Shown piece after piece: positions 13,153-25,500 of a stretch of 64,000 bases of DNA; positions within the stretch are counted from its first letter, which is position 1; every line of letters begins with the position of its first letter. Position numbers and translations under genes: made by a program. Origin of the DNA: Paramoeba atlantica (lineage: Eukaryota; Protista; Discosea); NCBI GenBank assembly GCA_977017575.1, contig CDRNVI010000147.1:1-64000 (forward strand), read 5' to 3'. The notes under the pieces were generated by a model. The model saw only the letters and a program-made list of their open reading frames with translations. It did not search any database and had not been told where the DNA came from.

Positions 13153-16022
13153 GTGGTCTTAATACAAAAAGTGGTCTTAATACAAAAAGTGGTCTTAATA
13201 CAAAAAGTGGTCTTAATACAAAAAGTGGTCTTAATACAAAAAGTGGTCTTAATACAAAAAGTGGTCTTAATACAAAAAGTGGTCTTAATACAAAAAGTGG
13301 TCTTAATACAAAAAGTGGTCTTAATACAAAAAGTGGTCTTAATACAAAAAGTGGTCTTAATACAAAAAGTGGTCTTAATACAAAAAGTGGTCTTAATACA
13401 AAAAGTGGTCTTAATACAAAAAGTGGTCTTAATACAAAAAGTGGTCTTAATACAAAAAGTGGTCTTAATACAAAAAGTGGTCTTAATACAAAAAGTGGTC
13501 TTAATACAAAAAGTGGTCTTAATACAAAAAGTGGTCTTAATACAAAAAGTGGTCTTAATACAAAAAGTGGTCTTAATACAAAAAGTGGTCTTAATACAAA
13601 AAGTGGTCTTAATACAAAAAGTGGTCTTAATACAAAAAGTGGTCTTAATACAAAAAGTGGTCTTAATACAAAAAGTGGTCTTAATACAAAAAGTGGTCTT
13701 AATACAAAAAGTGGTCTTAATACAAAAAGTGGTCTTAATACAAAAAGTGGTCTTAATACAAAAAGTGGTCTTAATACAAAAAGTGGTCTTAATACAAAAA
13801 GTGGTCTTAATACAAAAAGTGGTCTTAATACAAAAAGTGGTCTTAATACAAAAAGTGGTCTTAATACAAAAAGTGGTCTTAATACAAAAAGTGGTCTTAA
13901 TACAAAAAGTGGTCTTAATACAAAAAGTGGTCTTAATACAAAAAGTGGTCTTAATACAAAAAGTGGTCTTAATACAAAAAGTGGTCTTAATACAAAAAGT
14001 GGTCTTAATACAAAAAGTGGTCTTAATACAAAAAGTGGTCTTAATACAAAAAGTGGTCTTAATACAAAAAGTGGTCTTAATACAAAAAGTGGTCTTAATA
14101 CAAAAAGTGGTCTTAATACAAAAAGTGGTCTTAATACAAAAAGTGGTCTTAATACAAAAAGTGGTCTTAATACAAAAAGTGGTCTTAATACAAAAAGTGG
14201 TCTTAATACAAAAAGTGGTCTTAATACAAAAAGTGGTCTTAATACAAAAAGTGGTCTTAATACAAAAAGTGGTCTTAATACAAAAAGTGGTCTTAATACA
14301 AAAAGTGGTCTTAATACAAAAAGTGGTCTTAATACAAAAAGTGGTCTTAATACAAAAAGTGGTCTTAATACAAAAAGTGGTCTTAATACAAAAAGTGGTC
14401 TTAATACAAAAAGTGGTCTTAATACAAAAAGTGGTCTTAATACAAAAAGTGGTCTTAATACAAAAAGTGGTCTTAATACAAAAAGTGGTCTTAATACAAA
14501 AAGTGGTCTTAATACAAAAAGTGGTCTTAATACAAAAAGTGGTCTTAATACAAAAAGTGGTCTTAATACAAAAAGTGGTCTTAATACAAAAAGTGGTCTT
14601 AATACAAAAAGTGGTCTTAATACAAAAAGTGGTCTTAATACAAAAAGTGGTCTTAATACAAAAAGTGGTCTTAATACAAAAAGTGGTCTTAATACAAAAA
14701 GTGGTCTTAATACAAAAAGTGGTCTTAATACAAAAAGTGGTCTTAATACAAAAAGTGGTCTTAATACAAAAAGTGGTCTTAATACAAAAAGTGGTCTTAA
14801 TACAAAAAGTGGTCTTAATACAAAAAGTGGTCTTAATACAAAAAGTGGTCTTAATACAAAAAGTGGTCTTAATACAAAAAGTGGTCTTAATACAAAAAGT
14901 GGTCTTAATACAAAAAGTGGTCTTAATACAAAAAGTGGTCTTAATACAAAAAGTGGTCTTAATACAAAAAGTGGTCTTAATACAAAAAGTGGTCTTAATA
15001 CAAAAAGTGGTCTTAATACAAAAAGTGGTCTTAATACAAAAAGTGGTCTTAATACAAAAAGTGGTCTTAATACAAAAAGTGGTCTTAATACAAAAAGTGG
15101 TCTTAATACAAAAAGTGGTCTTAATACAAAAAGTGGTCTTAATACAAAAAGTGGTCTTAATACAAAAAGTGGTCTTAATACAAAAAGTGGTCTTAATACA
15201 AAAAGTGGTCTTAATACAAAAAGTGGTCTTAATACAAAAAGTGGTCTTAATACAAAAAGTGGTCTTAATACAAAAAGTGGTCTTAATACAAAAAGTGGTC
15301 TTAATACAAAAAGTGGTCTTAATACAAAAAGTGGTCTTAATACAAAAAGTGGTCTTAATACAAAAAGTGGTCTTAATACAAAAAGTGGTCTTAATACAAA
15401 AAGTGGTCTTAATACAAAAAGTGGTCTTAATACAAAAAGTGGTCTTAATACAAAAAGTGGTCTTAATACAAAAAGTGGTCTTAATACAAAAAGTGGTCTT
15501 AATACAAAAAGTGGTCTTAATACAAAAAGTGGTCTTAATACAAAAAGTGGTCTTAATACAAAAAGTGGTCTTAATACAAAAAGTGGTCTTAATACAAAAA
15601 GTGGTCTTAATACAAAAAGTGGTCTTAATACAAAAAGTGGTCTTAATACAAAAAGTGGTCTTAATACAAAAAGTGGTCTTAATACAAAAAGTGGTCTTAA
15701 TACAAAAAGTGGTCTTAATACAAAAAGTGGTCTTAATACAAAAAGTGGTCTTAATACAAAAAGTGGTCTTAATACAAAAAGTGGTCTTAATACAAAAAGT
15801 GGTCTTAATACAAAAAGTGGTCTTAATACAAAAAGTGGTCTTAATACAAAAAGTGGTCTTAATACAAAAAGTGGTCTTAATACAAAAAGTGGTCTTAATA
15901 CAAAAAGTGGTCTTAATACAAAAAGTGGTCTTAATACAAAAAGTGGTCTTAATACAAAAAGTGGTCTTAATACAAAAAGTGGTCTTAATACAAAAAGTGG
16001 TCTTAATACAAAAAGTGGTCTT
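13153..16022. repeat. 18-bp satellite, block 2 (159 units + 8 bp)
   Basis: Same unit; 2870 bp between the two TIR elements. Confidence 0.99.
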
Positions 16023-17321
16023 GGCTCCACGGGCACTTCAGTGAGTTTTTGAGACACTTCGATGATTTCTCATCGAAGTGCCTACGTGTCACAGGGTGAC
16101 TCATCGAAACGTCAATCTTCTCATCGAAGGTGATTTTAATTGCTTTGGCAAGAAAAAAATCGAGAACATGAAAATAAGAAAGCGGCGACACTGAGAATCT
16201 GTGTCTGCCACTTCCGCAGGTTTGTGTATTTGTTTTCCTATACTATGACACCTAGTTTACGTGTCTGGAGGCAAGGCCCAACTTTGAGCGAAGCCCACTT
16301 CTGGAGGCAAAAGCCCCCGTTTGCGAGCAAGGCCCAACTGTGAGCGTAGCCCTGGGACAAAATTATATTTTTTGGCGACCCGCGCGCTCCATGCGGAGGT
16401 GGTGGATATTGGCACGGCGGGCGGAGGAGGAGTTGGCATCACGGCCTTCTTTTTCCGGCGGGCAGGAGGGAGCGGCAAATTCTCAGGAGCCACTCCTGAT
16501 TCTTTTGCTTTGGAGCGTGTGAACACTCCCATGAAAGGTAAAAAAAGTAAATAATCAACAAGGTGCAGAAACTGTATCTTTATCGTTAAAGATTATTGTA
16601 CGTGTGCTTCTCTCTAGATTCGTGGGAAGCAATTTGCGAAGCCCAACTACCTTGATAACAAATTTTAGTACCCATTTTGGCCGCGCGGGGGCCCCCGCGT
16701 GAGCGGGGGTGCGCGCGGCCGCGAAACGGCGAGGGCCCGCGTGAGCGGGCCTGAGCCGTACCCCGCGTAGGATTCCCCTGTGCGTCGTTAGTGGGAAGCA
16801 ATTTGCGAAGCTCACTGAATTTCGTAGTTTTCGCTACGCAGGCGTTGTCAACGTATATCTTCTTATAATTTATTCTTAAAAAAAGGGTCCGTTGATTTCT
16901 AATGCATTTTTTTACTCCATATTTTCAGCGTTCTGATATCTTTGCCCCTTCAAGGGCTTTACTTCATACTAATCTGTCTTACAAACAGACTTCCAAAAGA
17001 CACGCCCCACAGCTACACCCTTCATATTCATCCCGACGTTTACGCCAACCAGTGCCTCGAGGTCCAACCGAGCAGAATGGGATTTTCGGCGCTCAAGATT
17101 AGAGCACGAGAGGTGGAGGATATTAACTCCGCACTGAGATCGCGCACTGAGGACCTATGTCTGCCACTTCCGCAGTATTGTGTATTTGTTTTTTAGTCGA
17201 AAATGCAGCTACCACCTCAAAAGTAATTAAAATCACCTTCGATGAGTTTCTTTCGTTTCGATGAGTTTCGTTTTGACACGTGGGCGTTTCGATGAGTACT
17301 CACGGAAGTGTCCTCGTACCC
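16023..17321. mobile_element. 1299-bp TIR element, copy 2
   Basis: Offset by exactly 4169 bp from copy 1, with the same GTGGTCTT flanks and identical translated ORFs. Confidence 0.8.
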
Positions 17322-19420
17322 GTGGTCTTAATACAAAAAGTGGTCTTAATACAAAAAGTGGTCTTAATACAAAAAGTGGTCTTAATACAAAAAGTGGTCT
17401 TAATACAAAAAGTGGTCTTAATACAAAAAGTGGTCTTAATACAAAAAGTGGTCTTAATACAAAAAGTGGTCTTAATACAAAAAGTGGTCTTAATACAAAA
17501 AGTGGTCTTAATACAAAAAGTGGTCTTAATACAAAAAGTGGTCTTAATACAAAAAGTGGTCTTAATACAAAAAGTGGTCTTAATACAAAAAGTGGTCTTA
17601 ATACAAAAAGTGGTCTTAATACAAAAAGTGGTCTTAATACAAAAAGTGGTCTTAATACAAAAAGTGGTCTTAATACAAAAAGTGGTCTTAATACAAAAAG
17701 TGGTCTTAATACAAAAAGTGGTCTTAATACAAAAAGTGGTCTTAATACAAAAAGTGGTCTTAATACAAAAAGTGGTCTTAATACAAAAAGTGGTCTTAAT
17801 ACAAAAAGTGGTCTTAATACAAAAAGTGGTCTTAATACAAAAAGTGGTCTTAATACAAAAAGTGGTCTTAATACAAAAAGTGGTCTTAATACAAAAAGTG
17901 GTCTTAATACAAAAAGTGGTCTTAATACAAAAAGTGGTCTTAATACAAAAAGTGGTCTTAATACAAAAAGTGGTCTTAATACAAAAAGTGGTCTTAATAC
18001 AAAAAGTGGTCTTAATACAAAAAGTGGTCTTAATACAAAAAGTGGTCTTAATACAAAAAGTGGTCTTAATACAAAAAGTGGTCTTAATACAAAAAGTGGT
18101 CTTAATACAAAAAGTGGTCTTAATACAAAAAGTGGTCTTAATACAAAAAGTGGTCTTAATACAAAAAGTGGTCTTAATACAAAAAGTGGTCTTAATACAA
18201 AAAGTGGTCTTAATACAAAAAGTGGTCTTAATACAAAAAGTGGTCTTAATACAAAAAGTGGTCTTAATACAAAAAGTGGTCTTAATACAAAAAGTGGTCT
18301 TAATACAAAAAGTGGTCTTAATACAAAAAGTGGTCTTAATACAAAAAGTGGTCTTAATACAAAAAGTGGTCTTAATACAAAAAGTGGTCTTAATACAAAA
18401 AGTGGTCTTAATACAAAAAGTGGTCTTAATACAAAAAGTGGTCTTAATACAAAAAGTGGTCTTAATACAAAAAGTGGTCTTAATACAAAAAGTGGTCTTA
18501 ATACAAAAAGTGGTCTTAATACAAAAAGTGGTCTTAATACAAAAAGTGGTCTTAATACAAAAAGTGGTCTTAATACAAAAAGTGGTCTTAATACAAAAAG
18601 TGGTCTTAATACAAAAAGTGGTCTTAATACAAAAAGTGGTCTTAATACAAAAAGTGGTCTTAATACAAAAAGTGGTCTTAATACAAAAAGTGGTCTTAAT
18701 ACAAAAAGTGGTCTTAATACAAAAAGTGGTCTTAATACAAAAAGTGGTCTTAATACAAAAAGTGGTCTTAATACAAAAAGTGGTCTTAATACAAAAAGTG
18801 GTCTTAATACAAAAAGTGGTCTTAATACAAAAAGTGGTCTTAATACAAAAAGTGGTCTTAATACAAAAAGTGGTCTTAATACAAAAAGTGGTCTTAATAC
18901 AAAAAGTGGTCTTAATACAAAAAGTGGTCTTAATACAAAAAGTGGTCTTAATACAAAAAGTGGTCTTAATACAAAAAGTGGTCTTAATACAAAAAGTGGT
19001 CTTAATACAAAAAGTGGTCTTAATACAAAAAGTGGTCTTAATACAAAAAGTGGTCTTAATACAAAAAGTGGTCTTAATACAAAAAGTGGTCTTAATACAA
19101 AAAGTGGTCTTAATACAAAAAGTGGTCTTAATACAAAAAGTGGTCTTAATACAAAAAGTGGTCTTAATACAAAAAGTGGTCTTAATACAAAAAGTGGTCT
19201 TAATACAAAAAGTGGTCTTAATACAAAAAGTGGTCTTAATACAAAAAGTGGTCTTAATACAAAAAGTGGTCTTAATACAAAAAGTGGTCTTAATACAAAA
19301 AGTGGTCTTAATACAAAAAGTGGTCTTAATACAAAAAGTGGTCTTAATACAAAAAGTGGTCTTAATACAAAAAGTGGTCTTAATACAAAAAGTGGTCTTA
19401 ATACAAAAAGTGGTCTTAAT
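17322..19420. repeat. 18-bp satellite, block 3 (~116 units)
   Basis: Same unit. Confidence 0.99.
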
Positions 19421-19762
19421 GAGAACTTGTGAAAGTAATCTGCGTATTCAATTTAGTTCAATACACATGAATATTTCAGCACGTAAACCATAATATTTTA
19501 TTATATACCAAGGAAAGTGTTTATATCCACGTTTAAAAAGTTAGGGAGGCTATTGAAGTAGTTTCCCATTCGTTAGTACTGTGAGAAAATGAATTATAGT
19601 AGCGCTACTAAGTGACATATGTTGTTTTACTTTATACTTTATATATTGATGTACAAACATATTCGATGGATTTGACGAAGGGTAGGATTACATTAATGTA
19701 TTTTACACTTGATTTGAGTTTTTCAATCTTCACGAATACAATTTTATACGAATGCGCTGATT
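19421..19762. other. 342-bp AT-rich insert in the satellite, possibly a retroelement 3'-UTR fragment
   Basis: Interrupts the unit at CTTAAT^ACAAAA with only AT repeated. Its start (CTTGTGAAAGTAATCTGCGTA) resembles the 3' UTR at ~53776 (CTTGTGAAGGTAATCGAAGCGTA). Confidence 0.5.
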
Positions 19763-20274
19763 ATACAAAAAGTGGTCTTAATACAAAAAGTGGTCTTAAT
19801 ACAAAAAGTGGTCTTAATACAAAAAGTGGTCTTAATACAAAAAGTGGTCTTAATACAAAAAGTGGTCTTAATACAAAAAGTGGTCTTAATACAAAAAGTG
19901 GTCTTAATACAAAAAGTGGTCTTAATACAAAAAGTGGTCTTAATACAAAAAGTGGTCTTAATACAAAAAGTGGTCTTAATACAAAAAGTGGTCTTAATAC
20001 AAAAAGTGGTCTTAATACAAAAAGTGGTCTTAATACAAAAAGTGGTCTTAATACAAAAAGTGGTCTTAATACAAAAAGTGGTCTTTAATACAAAAAGTGG
20101 TCGTTAATACAAAAAGTGGTCTTTAATACAAAAAGTGGTCTTTAATACAAAAAGTGGTCTTTAATACAAAAAGTGGTCTTTAATACAAAAAGTGGTCTTT
20201 AATACAAAAAGTGGTCTTTAATACAAAAAGTGGTCTTTAATACAAAAAGTGGTCATTAATACAAAAAGTGGTCT
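19763..20274. repeat. Satellite block 4: ~17 18-bp units, then ten 19-bp variant units (AGTGGTCTTTAATACAAAA) from 20077
   Basis: Extra T read directly; two 19-bp units carry further substitutions (GTCGTT, GTCATT). Confidence 0.97.
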
Positions 20275-21070
20275 GCAGGTAGGGCATGCAATGCCAATTC
20301 CGGGGATATTTTACCGAAAGGGGATGCTCTACACCGGTTGCTTACATCCCTAAATGTAACCCTCATGAGATCCCAAGCCCGCATGCTCGTCCTACGCCGG
20401 CCTGCTGTGGGTCCTGATTCAGCGCTCCTAGGCTATGGGAACGAGTAGTGGATCACTCGCCACACCCAAAGACTTCCTCGCCTGCGAAATCTGGCCGCTA
20501 TACAACGTTTTCCCGCGGCAAACGCCGACCCGGCTCTCGTTGTGTATGACCAGGGGTATGGCCAGGTGACTTTCGTGGGAAACTCCCGGTACGGATGCTG
20601 GTCGGGTCGACAGAGTCTATGCTCACGCCTAGTCCGTCAGGGCTAGGTACCCCAAGTGAGGTAGTACACGGGTAGTGAATCTCCTCCCCGTCGGCCAGCA
20701 TCCTGTTTCGTGACCGTGTCGTTGTCGACACAGGCCCGCGCCTGCGCCCTCCCGTATAGCAAGGGAAGGGTTCACAAGTCAGGCCGTGGAGAGGTCGAAA
20801 GACCCGGTCCGGAACGCGCGAATGGATTGGGTCTGGATTGCTTGTTTTAATTTTTACTGTGTCTTATTTGTCGTATATACTTAGGGGAGATTGAATTGCT
20901 AGTTTTGGGCTGAGAAAAAAGAAAAAGAAAAAAAAAAAAAGGTGAATTGCTAGTTTTGGGCTGAGAAAAAAAAGAAAAAGAAAATATGCTTCTGTGGAAA
21001 TAAAAAGAATTGCCAATTTGATTGCTTGTTTTAAATTCATATACCCAAAAAAAAAAAAAAAAAAAAAAAA
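20275..21070 (+). ncRNA. Putative structured non-coding retroposed segment ending in A-rich tracts and poly(A) (21047-21070); identity unknown
   Basis: Multiple stems: 20320-20350, 20593-20601/20695-20703, 20628-20647, GGTC-GAAA-GACC at 20793-20804. Region 20702-21046 is homologous to 54131-54391. No credible ORF. Confidence 0.4.
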
Positions 21071-21107
21071 TCTTTAACGATAAAGATACAGTTTCTGTAC
21101 CTTGTTG
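21069..21107 (+). other. Full 39-nt spliced-leader-like sequence heading a retrotransposon ORF
   Basis: The 3' half CAGTTTCTGTACCTTGTTG differs at 2/19 from the conserved kinetoplastid SL 3' half CAGTTTCTGTACTTTATTG. Followed by a 44-nt T-rich UTR and ATG 21152. The first two A's are shared with the upstream poly(A). Confidence 0.8.
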
Positions 21108-21151
21108 AATTTTTTCTATTTCATCTCTTTCCGAGGTACGGGTTAATTTTT

Positions 21152-22567
21152 ATGTCTGGTATCATCCCCCCCGCAGTCACACTTCCTCCCATAGACGACA
21201 ACAGCGGAAATCCGGACCACGAAGCCGAAGCCATGGAGACGGACGACAAATGCTTAGAAATTAATGGCAGAACTCACCGACCGGGGTCTTGGGACCAATT
21301 TAAAGGAAACGAACATTTAATCACGGGGACGAGCACATACCATGAAGACCTTTACACGACCCCCATCCCTCAGAATATTCCTGAAGATTGGATCCGCCGA
21401 ACGAACGCGATCGTAGGTGGGGTTAATGAAACACCGGACACAGGTCACACGGAGGTCGAAAATGAAGAGATGCAACACTCCGCTGTTATCAGGCAAGTAA
21501 CGCCAGCGAAGAAGACGAAAGAGGCTTTGAATGCTACACAGCATCTAAGTACACCACTCAAAACTGCTCTATCCGCCCAAGCACGTAGCAATGAGGACAT
21601 TAAAGGTCACTCCAAGAAAACCCCTACTCCACGGAGAAATAAGCTCATCCGATACCGGGTAGACCCAGAGACACCTTCACTCTTGCATCCTTATGAACTT
21701 ATTCCGGGCCCATCTCAAGAGCAACCAGGAAGAAGACACGAAACCCAGAATATTGAAAACGCTGGCGTTAGCCTCGCTGAGCCCAACTCATTGTCCCAAG
21801 GAAAGTCTGCCGCGCTCCGAGAGTGCCCGGCCCAGGGATGTTCATGGCGCAGTCCGTCGCATGGCGGATCCTGGCAAGCCTTCTATAACCATGTCGCATG
21901 CCGGCACGGTAACAGCATCCCTAATGAATGGTGGTACAGAGAAGGCCGTTTTCTATGCACCTCATGCGGACGCCACTACGACAACCACAAACGATCATCG
22001 CACACACACAGCTGCAAAGGAACGAAAACCGTCGCGCTCCTTTCTCCCGAACTTCTTACTCCACCCAACGAAGTGAGCACCGCACCAACACCAGAGAACA
22101 CCAACTTTGAGCTCCCACCTCTTCCTTCTGTCTGCTCTCTTCAGCTGAGTACGTGCAAAGACGTGCCTTATCGTTGCCGCCAGATCTGGGAAGAAATCCT
22201 CTCCTCCGCCATTCGGAACGCGGTCTCTGAAAACTCCTTAAAGGCATGGACGCTTCTGGCCATGCTTCCCAAATGCGTTTTACCAGCTCCGCATCGAGGG
22301 GGCCGCAAAGGCCACATGGCATATGCCTCACATGCGTATAAATGCATGCAGCGTTGGGCGGAACAAGAGTACTCGGACCTATGGAGCGAAGCAATTGTAG
22401 CCTGTCGAAAAAAGCAAAAATCTCCAACGGAATTCCCTGACGAAGACGAGAAGGCAGCGATTCGAGCAGAACTCCTCGTCCGCCACGGCGAGCTCTCTAG
22501 AGGGTTGGCCTCCCTAACGTCAGATCCAATGGCGCCTGACGATGACGAACATTTGAAAAATTGCTAG
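21152..22567 (+). CDS. N-terminal part of the CRE-like polyprotein (GSWDQF module, zinc fingers, pre-RT region)
   Basis: ORF track. It ends at a -1 frameshift near TTGAAAAATTG (~22553-22563), where the protein continues as LLEKHP in the next ORF. Confidence 0.8.
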   Translation: MSGIIPPAVTLPPIDDNSGNPDHEAEAMETDDKCLEINGRTHRPGSWDQFKGNEHLITGTSTYHEDLYTTPIPQNIPEDWIRRTNAIVGGVNETPDTGHTEVENEEMQHSAVIRQVTPAKKTKEALNATQHLSTPLKTALSAQARSNEDIKGHSKKTPTPRRNKLIRYRVDPETPSLLHPYELIPGPSQEQPGRRHETQNIENAGVSLAEPNSLSQGKSAALRECPAQGCSWRSPSHGGSWQAFYNHVACRHGNSIPNEWWYREGRFLCTSCGRHYDNHKRSSHTHSCKGTKTVALLSPELLTPPNEVSTAPTPENTNFELPPLPSVCSLQLSTCKDVPYRCRQIWEEILSSAIRNAVSENSLKAWTLLAMLPKCVLPAPHRGGRKGHMAYASHAYKCMQRWAEQEYSDLWSEAIVACRKKQKSPTEFPDEDEKAAIRAELLVRHGELSRGLASLTSDPMAPDDDEHLKNC

Positions 22568-25500
22568 AAAAACACCCCCGTCGTCTTCAAATTGACTCGT
22601 GCGAAAACTGCCCGCCCCCGAACTGCGCTCCACTGGAACTTGACGAACGCGAAGTTGCAAAGACGCTGAAGAGCTTCAACAGGGGTTCCTCTGCCGGCAC
22701 TATGGGATTACGCCCAGAGCACCTACAGGCAGCACTGCTCGTACACGGAAATGACTTTCTCCGATCCCTCACAAAGCTAACAAATCACCTCCTAGCTGGG
22801 AAGGCACCCTCTGAAGTACAGGCGCACTTCGCAGGGGCGCGCTTATGCGCCCTATCAAAGGGTGAAAATGATGTTCGTCCGATCGCTGCCGGTGAAACCC
22901 TTCGGCGATTAGCGAGCAAAGCCGTATGCAACGCAATCCGACCCAAAGCGAGCGAGCTCTTTGAAGGCAAACAGTACGGAGTGGCAGCTCCAGCCGGGGC
23001 CGAAAGAGTCATTCACATGTGTCGCCTGGCCATGTCGTCCAATATGGAAAACCCGAACTTCGTCATGTGCAAAGTGGACCTACGTAACGCTTTCAATAAC
23101 GTAAGCAGGGCTGCCTTCCTTCCACTAGTACAGGAATATTTCCCGGAACTCTTCCCTTGGATCAATTGGTGCTATTCCGACCCCAGCTCTCTTACCTACG
23201 GGGCCCGATTCATCTCCTCCGAGGAAGGAGTACAACAGGGCGATCCCCTAGGACCATTGCTCTTCTCGTTAGTGGCCCTGGAGCTCTCAGAAGCCATTAA
23301 CCTTCAAACTGATATTCCCGCCCAACTCTGGTATCTCGACGATGGCGTCCTCGTTGGCCAGGCGCAGGAAGTTAGAGACGCCCTAGACACGATCGCCCGA
23401 GTAGGACCTCAATGGGACTTGTATCTCAATACGTCGAAATGCGAAATTATTACTTCCCCCAGCTCGGCCCACCAGGCTGATTACTTCCCAGACATACCCG
23501 ACGAGAAGATCAATTCGCAGGGGAACTTTGACATACTAGGGAGTCCTGTAGGATCCGCCGACCACTGCTCTGCTTATCTTCTTTCTCACGCCCTAGAACC
23601 AGCCGAGGATACCCTCGATGCCATCACCAACATTCAGGACCCCCAGGTCGCGCTTGCCCTAATTCGTCAATGTGCAGGGTTCTGTCAAATGGTGTATGCC
23701 ATGAGAAGCACGCCCCCACAGTCCCTGATTCACCTTTGCTCCCGTTTAGACGACTTTCTCATGACCGCTATAGAGGCAATCATCTGTCCTCTGGACAGGT
23801 CAGCACAATCTCAAGCACAGCGACTGAAGCGTCATGGGGGATTAGGTCTGAGATCCGCAGCTCTCCACGCCTCCGCGGCTTACGTTGCATCCGTCGCCTT
23901 TGCCACAGATTCCTGGGATCCCACAGACGCTGAAGGTTTCTCGGAGGCCATCCTCGACATCAATCAGAAGGCCGGCACTGCTCTCCTCGATCCCCGAGGT
24001 CGTGTTCTCACAACTCCCAACGCCCCATGCGAGAAGGCCCTGAGCGCGCCGTACTCCTACCGGAAGAGAAGGCGCCCTCCGCCAGGGAATGATCCTCACC
24101 CCCCGGACGAGCCTCCGGGACATATTCTTCGTACGACTTCCCGCACGGCCAACACACCCACGGATGCCTACCCACTCTCGACTCCCCTCTACGGTTCTGA
24201 AGAATGCCAGGACATGTTACCCCCACAGTGGCCCAAAGGGAAGATCCCGCGCCAGCGGGTAATCAGTTATGCTATTGCAGCCCATGCCTTTTCCCAGGAA
24301 TATGAGACAACTGACGCACGAACCCGTGCAAGGTGGATCTCCCAGTGTGGCACGGGAGCGAGCAGCTGGGCCTTTGTGACTCCTTCGAAAGACCTTGGGC
24401 ACGCCTTTACCCCCACACAATTCCGAACTTTGGCCCGTTGGTGGTTAGGCGTGGACATCTACCATGAAGATAGCACGTGCCCCATGCCGAAATGCTCGCT
24501 CCCCCTTGACAGCAAAGGGGACCATGCACTGTCTTGCAAACATGGCCATGGTATTGTGACAAGACACAACGCTGTTACGGACCAGTTCGCGGACGTGTGC
24601 AGTCGAGCCCGCCTCGCCCCTCAACGAGAAAAGAGTCTCGGGAACAGGGGCCCAGGCGGGGCCCTCACCAGACCTGGCGACATATACTTGCCCAGCCTTT
24701 TTCTTGGAAATCCCATTGTGCTTGACTTCGCGGTCACCCATGCTCAGCAATTAAAATATACGGACAAAGTCCGAAACGCTAGCTGGGTTGCCGCGGGGTC
24801 ATTTGCCGAACATTATTCCTCAATGGAGAAGGGCAAGCAGCGTCGAGAAGCCGTAGAGGCAGGATGCGACTTTACGGCCATGGTTGTCGAAAGTTATGGC
24901 GCCTGGAGCCCCAGCGCTTCAGCCGTGCTCCGCAAAGTCGGTGAGAGGTGTTCGCACGCCTCGGGGGGTCTCAGAACGGAATCGCTTTATCCTACTGACT
25001 TAAAACCGGAAACAGTAATTAAGACACAGAGAGCTTCCTTAATAGGGCATCTTGTGCGCCATCCTACACCGTTTACTACAGCAGTACTATGGAGAACAAA
25101 TGATGAGGCCTCTAAACCAACATTGTCCGAACGGTGTGCCCACGAACTACACTCTGATGTTACTGAAATTCTACAACTTGGACAAGATCGCCCCACATGG
25201 CGGAAGAAACTGGAAAAACTACAGGTGGAGCTGGAACCACGGCCTTCTTACACAAAGTCTTGTTCTCCTGCTTGGGAAAAAAGTATTAAAAAGATATTGG
25301 AAAACAAGGGCTATCAAACTCTACAGTACGTGGAAGAAAGTAGCACCCCTTTTCCAATAAGCGACTCGGAAACACACTTATATACGGATGGGTCGCTCAT
25401 TCCGGGTACAAAGAAACAACTCCAAGGATGCGGCATAGTAATAATACGAAACAACGAACGTACATTATTCTACGGGACAAGACCTCCGGAAAAATTCTGT

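Larger units (their letters stand above)
21069..24975 (+). mobile_element. CRE-clade non-LTR retrotransposon (zinc fingers, RT, CCHC, REL); frameshifted and 3'-interrupted
   Basis: C2H2-like finger CPAQGC...HVACRH; RT motifs VDLRNAFN, VQQGDPLGP, WYLDDG; CCHC CPMPKC..H..C followed by RHN, RPGDI and LDFAVTH. The right boundary is approximate. Confidence 0.88.

Noticed and set aside
2-20107. Giant ORFs (VVLIQK)n, (SGLNTK)n and (RPLFVL)n
   Set aside because: Artefacts of an 18-bp unit (a multiple of 3) lacking stops in several frames; open on both strands, with no other coding signal.
1-20274. CRISPR array
   Set aside because: Units abut directly with no unique spacers; no cas genes; eukaryotic context.
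20275-20860. rRNA fragment, RNase P/MRP, group I intron, telomerase RNA, HDV or hammerhead ribozyme
   Set aside because: Only partial motif resemblances (TTCCTCGC, GCGAATGG, CTGA...GAAA); the required pairings could not be completed by eye.
21069-21107. A genuine SL RNA gene
   Set aside because: No GT donor or SL intron follows the exon at any copy, and there is no tandem SL gene array; each copy is followed by a UTR and an ORF.
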